Shown: one piece after another, positions 14,690 through 21,975 of the stretch
Layout: every line of letters begins with the position of its first letter
How positions within the stretch are numbered: position 1 is the first letter of the stretch
Source: Felis catus
Taxonomy: Eukaryota
Length of the DNA: 64,000 bases
NCBI RefSeq assembly: GCF_018350175.1
Contig: NC_058368.1
Span: 202,866,001-202,930,000 of the forward strand
Reading direction: 5' to 3'
Position numbers and translations under genes: made by a program
The notes under the pieces: model-generated
The model's database searches: none
Told to the model about the DNA's origin: nothing
Seen by the model: the letters and a program-made list of their open reading frames with translations, nothing else

Positions 14690-15845
14690 GTTAGAGCAGT
14701 TTTAGGTTTATAGCAACGTTGAGCAGAAGGTACAGAGACTTCTCATATACTCCCCACTCTCACTCAGAAATAGCCTCCCCCATTATCAACATCTCTCACC
14801 AGAGTGGTACATTTGTTATAATTGAAGGACCTACAATGACACATTATAATCACCTAAAATCCATAGCTTACATTAGGGTTTACTCTTGATGTTGTACATT
14901 TCGTGGGTTTGGACAAATGTATGATGTCATATATCCAGTTTTATAACATCACACAGAGTAGTTTCACTGCCCCTAAAAATCCTCTGTGCTCCACCTGTCT
15001 ATCCTTCTTTCCCCACTAACTCCTGGCATCCACTGAACTTTTTACTGTCTTTATAATTTTTGTTTTTTCCAGAATGCCATATAGAAAGATCATACAGTAG
15101 GTAGACTTTTCACCAAATTTTACTTTTTTTCCACTAAATTATATTCATTTAAATTTCCTCTTTTTATGGCTCGGTAGCTCATTTCTGAATCATATTCTAC
15201 CATCCCTATATACCATTTTATTGATCTGTTCATCTTTTTTTTAAATTTTTTTTAACATTTTTTAATTTTATTTTTGAGACAGAGAGAGAGCATGAACGGG
15301 GGAGGGGCAGAGAGACAGGGAGACACAGAATCGGAAACAGGCTCCAGGCTCTGGGCCATCAGCCCAGAGCCTGACGCGGGGCTCGAACTCATGGACCGTG
15401 AGATCGTGACCTGAGCTGAAGTCGGACGCTCAACTGACTGAGCCACCCAGGCGCCCGGATCTGTTCATCTTTTGAAGGACATCATGGCTTCTAGGTTTGG
15501 GCACTGGGAATAAAGCTGCTATAAATATTCACATGCGGGTTTTTGTGTGGACATGTTTCTAACTCTTGCTGAATTGTATTGCAAGAATATGTTCAGTTTG
15601 GTAAGAAACTGCCAAACCACCTTCCATACTGGTTTTGCTATTTTGTATTCTCACCAGCAAAGACTGAAAGTTCCTGTTACTCCACATGGTAGTCAACATT
15701 TGGTGTTGTCAGTGTTCTGGATTTTGGCTACTCTAATAGATGTATAGTGGTATCTCCCTGTTGTTTTAATTTGCATTTCCCTGGTGACATACAGAGTGAA
15801 GCATTTTTTCATGTGCTTATTTGCCATCTGTATACCTTCTTTGTT
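14690..15845 (-). mobile_element. Old L1 (L1MA/MB-like) 3' end
   Basis: Antisense L1 3' UTR/ORF2-end motifs such as TTTTAATTTGCATTTCCCTG; interrupted by a SINE. Confidence 0.75.
15235..15456 (-). mobile_element. Can-SINE (felid type)
   Basis: TSD GATCTGTTCATCTTTT. Confidence 0.95.
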
Positions 15846-17600
15846 GATTTCATAGTTTATGTAATGCGTACTTCCTACCCAGCAAAGGAATTTTTATTAC
15901 AAGGTGGTTGGTAAATATTTGTTTAGGTAATTGACTTTGGCTGCAAAGAATGTAGAACAGCTCATAGGTGGTTTCCCAACTCAAATTTTAGTTGCAACTC
16001 ACTGAAGACCTGCTCTAAATATTTAAATATTAAAAAAATTTTTAAAATCCTTCAGAAATTTGTAGTGAACAGAATAGACTTATGGTAAACACTTCCTGCA
16101 GGCATACTATATTAGAGAGCCATAAAATGTGCCATTAAATGAAAAGGATAATTTCTGAGCCTTCACACTGTCACTTTGTAGTTGCTCAGAAATCTTTAAG
16201 AGGGCTTCACCCTTCATTAAATGAAATCCCAACTGGATCATTGTGATGTGACAAGTAATTTGGCCTCTTCAACCCTGTCAACACAGGTAAAAAACTCGAT
16301 GAAAATTGAATTACTGTATATCAACCTCTGTATCTCAGTTTATTTTCCCTGGGTAAAGGACAAGTAAGCATTTTCCATTTACTCATTGTGCAAAAATATC
16401 CCTTCGAATTCGTTAGAAAAGTCTTTACTAATGAAGTGATCCCTGGAGTCACCATTTTAAATGTCTAAAGATAATTTGGAACAACATATTTAGCACTTTC
16501 CCAGAAGATGGAATACACTTATCTGATAACTGAAGAGCTTGAACTATGCATGCTTTAATCAGAAAAGCATGACATTTGCATTTAGATTTTACTCTCACAG
16601 GTCAGAATGAAGAAAGAATTATGAATATGCATGACTAGAGGTGTGTAAATGTCATTATTTATTTAGTTATCTTGAAAAAACTCGTGATTCTCTGTGGAGA
16701 TTTGGAAAATAATTGAAAGACTTTGTTATGAACAGCTAGTGTCATACATATGTATATATATGATTCCTGGATATTCAATGGATTGTAAATGCTAAATATT
16801 TTCCAGGACTTCTAGAATTTTATTCTGTATTTTTAACACTTTATTGAAACATAACTGATCATAGTTTTATCTATTTATCAATATAATTTTTTGTTTAACA
16901 ATAGTTTTAGGACCACAGAAAGTTACAAAGGGATACAGAGACATCCTGTACACCACAAACCCAACATCCCTTACTATTAACATCTTGATATTGCTATGTT
17001 ATATTTTTAACAATGAATGAAATGATAATTACACAATCTATGAGCTAAAGTCCATGCTTTATTTAGATTTCTTTAGTTTTCACCTAATGCCTTTTTTCCA
17101 TTTAGAATCCCATTCAGGATACCATGCTGCATATAGTCATCATGTCCATCATGTCTCTGTTAGCTCCTCCAGGCTGTGACAGTTCCTAAGAAACTTTTTG
17201 TCTTTGATGACCTTGACTGTTTGGAGAAGTACAGGTCAGGCATTATGTAGAATGTCCCTTAGTTGGAATATGTCTGATGTTTTCCCCATGATTACAGTAG
17301 GGTTATGAGTTTTTATGTGGCAACTACAGAGGTACTGTGTCGTTCTCATCATGTCACATCAAGGGTAAATATTATCAACATGACATCACTAATGATGTGA
17401 ACCTGGACCACATGAATTAAGGTGGTACTTGTCAGGTTTTTGTACCATTTCTTTTCTGCCTTTTTATACTGAAATCTTTGGAAGGGTCACTATGTGCAGC
17501 TACCCTTAAGAAGTGAATAATTATACTCCACCTACATGAGAACAGAACATCTACAAAAATTATTTGAAATTCTCTGCATGGGAGATTCGTTTATTCTCAG

Positions 17601-17841
17601 TCTTTCTTTCTTCCTTCCTTTCTTTCTTCCTTCTTTCCTTCCTTCCTTCCTTCCTTCTTCCTTCCTTCCTTCCTTCCTTCCTTCCTTCCTTCCTTCCTTC
17701 CTTTCCTTCCTTCCTTCCTCCCTTCCTTCCTTCCTTCCTTCCTTCCTTCCTTCCTTCCTTCCTTTCTTTTCTTTCTTTCTTTCCTCCCCTTGCTCCCCTC
17801 CCCTTTCTTTCTTTCTTTCTTCCTTTCTTTCTTTCTTTCTT
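17601..17841. repeat. (TTCC)n/(TTTC)n polypyrimidine tract
   Basis: Direct reading; about 240 bp almost free of purines on the + strand. Confidence 0.95.
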
Positions 17842-17981
17842 TAATAATTTATTTTTATAAATATATACTCAGATATTCATATTATATTCTGGGTTATAAT
17901 TCATTACTACTCTATTTATTTTGTTGTTCAAATTGTTTCATCTTTGGCCAATAGGAGCTCTTTCAGTTGGCTTTTGTATCC

Positions 17982-18188
17982 TTTTTTTAAAATTTATTTT
18001 GAGAGACACAGAGAGAGAGAGAGAGAGGTGAGAGGGAGAGAGAGAGATAGAGAGAGGGAGGATCCCAAGCAGGCTCCATGCTGTCATTGCAGAGCTTGAC
18101 ATGGGACTTGATCCTATGAACAGCAAGATCATGACCTGAGCCAAAATCAAAAGTCAGTACTTAACCAACTGAGCCACCCAGGTGCCCC
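17982..18188 (-). mobile_element. Can-SINE, older
   Basis: Antisense head and (GA)n. Confidence 0.9.
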
Positions 18189-18585
18189 TCTGTGTCCTTT
18201 TTAAATACTCTCATCGCTGTAGTTTTTCAAGTACTTCCTTATTTTCAGATATTATACAACCCTCCAGGCTCATCTTGTGTGTTTCTCCCTCCAGCACTAG
18301 AATTAGCCACTGCTTTAAAGAGATCTGGCTTATTTTATTGGAGGATAATATTAGAAAAAACAATTTGCTTGCTAGATGGGCTTGTTGCTATTGAGGTACC
18401 ATTGTTTCCAGACCCACATAGCTGTCAGAGCAAAAAATATATGTGTATATTAACCCGACTTTGTATGCATAACCATAAGTATTTCTATATGTATTCATCT
18501 TGAAAAGAACAGCTTTAAATCCAAATGACAGCCCTGCCTTAGTTTAAAGCTAAGTTCTCTTTTCTGCTTATTATGGATCTTTGAT

Positions 18586-18586
18586 A

Positions 18587-18665
<79 letters not shown>
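18586..18665. repeat. A10-(TA)35 microsatellite inside the 5' LTR U3
   Basis: Direct reading; one TG interruption; the 3' LTR has only A7-(TA)6. Confidence 0.95.
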
Positions 18666-18669
<4 letters not shown>

Positions 18670-18933
18670 TGCTGAGAAGTCTGTTTGCTACGTGTATTGT
18701 GAAACCTTTCCTGAATGTAACTCGCTATGTAACAGAGTAAGTTGTAAAACTTCCTAAATGTAGTCTGGTATGTAATAGAATAAGTGATTGTACATAAACT
18801 AACCGGCATTTCTCGCTTCTGTAAACCTGCTTGCTTAACACATTCCTCCCCTACCCCCTTCCCCCTTCCCCCTTTTTCCTCCCGCCACAAGTAACGGACA
18901 AAGCCTTCCCGCCAAAGGACAGACAAAGGACGC

Positions 18934-19031
18934 CCAATCAGAGAACAACAAATGTCCTTACTTTAAAACCAACTAATCAGGCCCCTCATAATTTGAAACC
19001 TCCCCTGTGCTATTTGTCTCTGTCTATAAAA
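18934..19031 (+). promoter_or_regulatory. LTR U3 core promoter (CCAAT box to TATA box)
   Basis: CCAAT about 90 nt upstream of TATAAAA, and AATAAA about 80 nt downstream of it, as in gammaretroviral LTRs. Confidence 0.75.
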
Positions 19032-19189
19032 ACGCTGTACCAACCCTGATCGAGGCCTCTTAGCGTCACCGGCAACGAGTGCGCGGAGGTCCAGGTTCGA
19101 ACCTGCAATAAACGACCCTTGCCGCTTGGCTTTGACTTAAGACTCTGGTGGTCTTCTGTGGGAAGTTTTGGAACTTCAGGCATTACATT

Positions 19190-19207
19190 TGGAGGTCCCA
19201 CCGAGAT
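19190..19207 (+). promoter_or_regulatory. Primer-binding site complementary to the 3' end of tRNA-Gln
   Basis: TGGAGGTCCCACCGAGAT, 2 nt after the LTR-terminal CA; matches the Gln-type PBS known from endogenous MLVs. Confidence 0.9.
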
Positions 19208-19258
19208 CTCCCCCGAGCCCACCAGACTTCTGGTCAACAGGTCGTATCTGATTCCGAT

Positions 19259-19266
19259 CGGTAAGT
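19259..19266 (+). promoter_or_regulatory. Major splice donor (CG|GTAAGT)
   Basis: Consensus GTAAGT about 55 nt after the PBS, the usual gammaretroviral position. Confidence 0.8.
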
Positions 19267-19336
19267 AAGCCGGCTCTAACGTACTTCCTTTTCTCTCCCA
19301 TCTGTGTCTCTGGTGAACTGGTTCTGTCTGGAAGCT

Positions 19337-19400
19337 GGTGTGACCCTGGCGGACGCGCTATAGGGCACCCGGCCGGGGTCAGTTGGAGATGTCCACTGAC
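19337..19400 (+). other. Core packaging signal: two GACG-type tetraloop stem-loops (MLV SL-C/SL-D-like)
   Basis: TGGCG-GACG-CGCTA hairpin (19347-19360) extended by CCC/GGG; GTCAG(T)TGGA-GATG-TCCACTGAC hairpin (19378-19400), where GATG is plausibly GACG after CpG decay. Confidence 0.7.
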
Positions 19401-19490
19401 ATCTGGGGGCCTTCTTGGCCCATCTGGGGGCCTTCTTGGCCCATCAGGGGACCTTCTTGGTCCATAGGGGGGCCTTTTTGGCCCATCAGG
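19400..19490 (+). repeat. Tandem 21-bp repeat x4.3, each unit carrying a 5-bp hairpin
   Basis: CATCTGGGGGCCTTCTTGGCC x2, CATCAGGGGACCTTCTTGGTC, CATAGGGGGGCCTTTTTGGCC, partial CATCAGG. Confidence 0.95.
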
Positions 19491-19919
19491 ATTCTTTTCT
19501 GTGGGCTGCTTACGCCCAACGCGCCTGTGAACTAAATACTTTCATTTTCTCTATGAACTTCCAGAGTGCTAAGAAATATCTCTAGGCGTCTAAAAAGAAA
19601 AACCATCCAGGCATGCCAATTGTTACCCGTATTCTGATGTGATGTGTCTGTGTGTCTGTCTGTTGAATTGACTGGAATGATTGTTGGGAGTCAGGGGCAC
19701 GCACCTGACTTACCCTATGTGTAGTCCCACGGCATAAGCTACGGGATTCGAGTGGGCTCTAACCCGATTTCCGCGGTGATCCTCATACAGCTTAAGGCGG
19801 TCAAAATTTATTTTGATCCAAGCAGGGGGTTTATACCTGCCCGCCCATGCTAAGAGGCACCTAAGTTCCCGCGAGGGACGCGGACGGGCGAGTACGCGAG
19901 TGCTTCTATGTCAGTCTAA

Positions 19920-20093
19920 ATGTATTGTCACCCCTGGGCCCTTGTAATAACCGCCGTCCTAGCCATAACCCTTTCTGTTGGGCTGGCCGAGACGGCACCA
20001 GAAAGTTGGAACCGCTGCGAAAGATTCTTGTTAGTTCTTGTTTTTCTTTCATGGGTCGGATGCTTTATTGGAATTAAGTGTTTTCTCGGCTGA
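19920..20093 (+). CDS. Candidate 57-aa leader (pre-gag) membrane microprotein with two hydrophobic segments, in the gag frame
   Basis: Hand translation: MYCHPWALVITAVLAITLSVGLAETAPESWNRCERFLLVLVFLSWVGCFIGIKCFLG*; below the ORF-track length cutoff; weak Kozak context. Confidence 0.4.
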   Translation: MYCHPWALVITAVLAITLSVGLAETAPESWNRCERFLLVLVFLSWVGCFIGIKCFLG

Positions 20094-20360
20094 TCAGAAT
20101 TAATTATTCCATCCTTTGTTCCTCTCTCCTCCTTCCTCAGCTCCCTGCGGCTTTCCCTCCCGCCCCTCCGCCCGCCCGGGGCCCAGCCAGGCCGCCAGGG
20201 GTCTCACCCTCGGAGGTCGCCTGTGCGAACTCCTCCACCGCTAATTTCAGCCGCTTCAGGGCCCCCTCCGTGCCGCCCCCTGGCCAGCGGCGCCCCCCCC
20301 CCCCCCCGCGTCCGTGCTGCCCGTGCCCCCTTCTCTTCTCCTCTTCCTCAGAATCATAAC

Positions 20361-21914
20361 ATGGGCCAAACGCAGAGCACCCCTCTCTCCCTCCTCCTCA
20401 CCAATTTCAAAGATGTAAGAGCTAGAGGACACAGCTTAAGCCTAGACATTCGCAAAAGGAAGTTGATCACCTATTGCCGCTCTGAATGGCCCACCTTTGG
20501 GGTCAACTGGCCTACAGAGGGAACCTTCTGCCTCCCTGTGGTCCTTAAAGTAAAATCAAAAATTTTCCTACCAGGGAAAGAAGGTCACTCGGATCAGATT
20601 CCTTATATTCTGGTGTGGCAAGATTTAGTAGAAAACCCACCTCCCTGGATGGCCTCTTTCTTAACAACAGGGCCATGCAAAATTCTAGCGGCTAAACCTA
20701 CCAACCCTCCCAAGCCACAAACTCCGAATGCACCCCCTGTTCTCCCCGACAGCCAAGATTTACTTTCCCTTGACCCTCCCCCTTACCAGGTTCCTCCTCT
20801 TATTCCGCAAGCTGCCCCTATCCTTGCTGTGCCGGCAGAGCCTCCCGTAGCCCAGCCCATAGGAGAACTAGAGAATAGGGAGGCTCAACCCGCGCCCATG
20901 CCTAGTGGGGGCGAAGTCCAAGGGCCGGCTGGACATACCCGTAGGCGGGCCCCACATGAGCCAGGACTCCGCCTTCCTGACTCCACCGTAGCTTTACCCT
21001 TACGGGAAATAGGGCCTCCCGATGATACGGGGAACCCCCGACTTCAATACTGGCCCTTCTCTACCAGTGACCTATATAACTGGAAAACCCAGAATGCTCG
21101 ATTTTCTGACAACCCTAAAGATTTAATAAGTCTCTTAGACAGCGTTATGTTTACCCACCAACCCACCTGGGATGATTGCCAGCAGCTCCTCCGAATCCTG
21201 TTCACCACCGAGGAGCGAGAAAGAATTCAATTGGAAGCAAGAAAGCTGGTTCCTGGAGATGACGGCCAACCCACTGCTAACCTTGATCTCATTAATGCAG
21301 CTTTTCCCTTGACCCGACCCCCACAGGATGTCTGGGACTACAACACGGCAGAAGGTAGGGGACGGCTGCGCATTTATCGCCAGACTCTAATGGCGGGTCT
21401 CCGGGCTGCTGCACGCAAGCCCACTAATTTGGCGAAAGTGTATTCAGTAATACAAGGTAAGACAGAGAGCCCTGCCGCTTATTTAGAAAGATTAATGGAA
21501 ACCTTCAGACAGTATACCCCCATGGACCCAGAGACCCCCGAAAATCAAGCTGCCGTTATAATGGCCTTTGTAAACCAGGCAGCCACTGATATTAAAAAGA
21601 AACTCCAGAAACTAGAGGACCTGGAGGGAAAACAGATTCAGGACTTACTCCACATTGCCCAGCGTGTCTATAATAATAGAGAGACTCCAGAGGACAGGCA
21701 ACTTAAAGCTACCGAGAAAATGACCAAAGTCCTGGCCGCTGTTGTCCAAAAGCCCCTGGATAAACAAAAGCCCCTAGATAAGGACCAATGTGCCTATTGC
21801 AAAGAAAAAGGCCATTGGGCCCGAGAATGCCCTAAAAAGAAAAAGCCACGTCATGATCAAAAACCGTGGCAGCCAAAAACCACACCCGCCCTCTTCACTC
21901 AAGTTGCAGAATAG
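20361..21914 (+). CDS. gag: Gag polyprotein (MA-p12-CA-NC), 517 aa, intact
   Basis: MGQTQSTPLSL myristoylation start; PPPY late domain; CA start PLREIG; YWPFS; major homology region QGKTESPAAYLERL; single CCHC knuckle CAYCKEKGHWAREC; ends at amber TAG. Confidence 0.96.
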   Translation: MGQTQSTPLSLLLTNFKDVRARGHSLSLDIRKRKLITYCRSEWPTFGVNWPTEGTFCLPVVLKVKSKIFLPGKEGHSDQIPYILVWQDLVENPPPWMASFLTTGPCKILAAKPTNPPKPQTPNAPPVLPDSQDLLSLDPPPYQVPPLIPQAAPILAVPAEPPVAQPIGELENREAQPAPMPSGGEVQGPAGHTRRRAPHEPGLRLPDSTVALPLREIGPPDDTGNPRLQYWPFSTSDLYNWKTQNARFSDNPKDLISLLDSVMFTHQPTWDDCQQLLRILFTTEERERIQLEARKLVPGDDGQPTANLDLINAAFPLTRPPQDVWDYNTAEGRGRLRIYRQTLMAGLRAAARKPTNLAKVYSVIQGKTESPAAYLERLMETFRQYTPMDPETPENQAAVIMAFVNQAATDIKKKLQKLEDLEGKQIQDLLHIAQRVYNNRETPEDRQLKATEKMTKVLAAVVQKPLDKQKPLDKDQCAYCKEKGHWARECPKKKKPRHDQKPWQPKTTPALFTQVAE

Positions 21915-21975
21915 GGGGGACGGGGTTCGGATCCCCTCCCCGAACCTAGGGTAATGCTACAAGTGGAGGGGAACC
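21912..21975 (+). promoter_or_regulatory. Gag-Pol amber readthrough signal (probable pseudoknot)
   Basis: TAG-GGGGGACGGGGTTCGGATCCCCTCCCCGAACC resembles the MLV readthrough context; pro-pol continues in the same frame. Confidence 0.8.

Larger units (their letters stand above)
16880..18500 (-). mobile_element. Old L1 (L1MC-like) 3' region, left of the provirus
   Basis: Resembles an L1MC 3' end in antisense; interrupted by the (TTCC)n tract and a SINE; appears to resume at 28111. Confidence 0.6.
18501..19187 (+). repeat. 5' LTR (687 bp)
   Basis: Starts TGAAAAGAAC, ends GGCATTACA just before the PBS; CCAAT 18934-18938, TATAAAA 19025-19031, AATAAA 19107-19112; matches 27487-28110. Confidence 0.97.

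Noticed and set aside
17536..17860. Phe/Leu/Pro/Ser-rich ORFs that look like membrane proteins
   Set aside because: Translations of the (TTCC)n tract.
18495..19049. ORFs within the LTR on both strands (and their 3' LTR counterparts)
   Set aside because: They run through the microsatellite, differ in frame between the two LTRs and show no recognisable motif.
19400..19490. 21-bp palindromic repeats as a CRISPR-like array
   Set aside because: No unique spacers, units abut directly, and the context is a mammalian retroviral leader.
20223..20360. GTG start of the 563-aa ORF as the real Gag start
   Set aside because: The myristoylated MGQ start with good Kozak context is at 20361; the 46-aa GTG extension has no signal-anchor.
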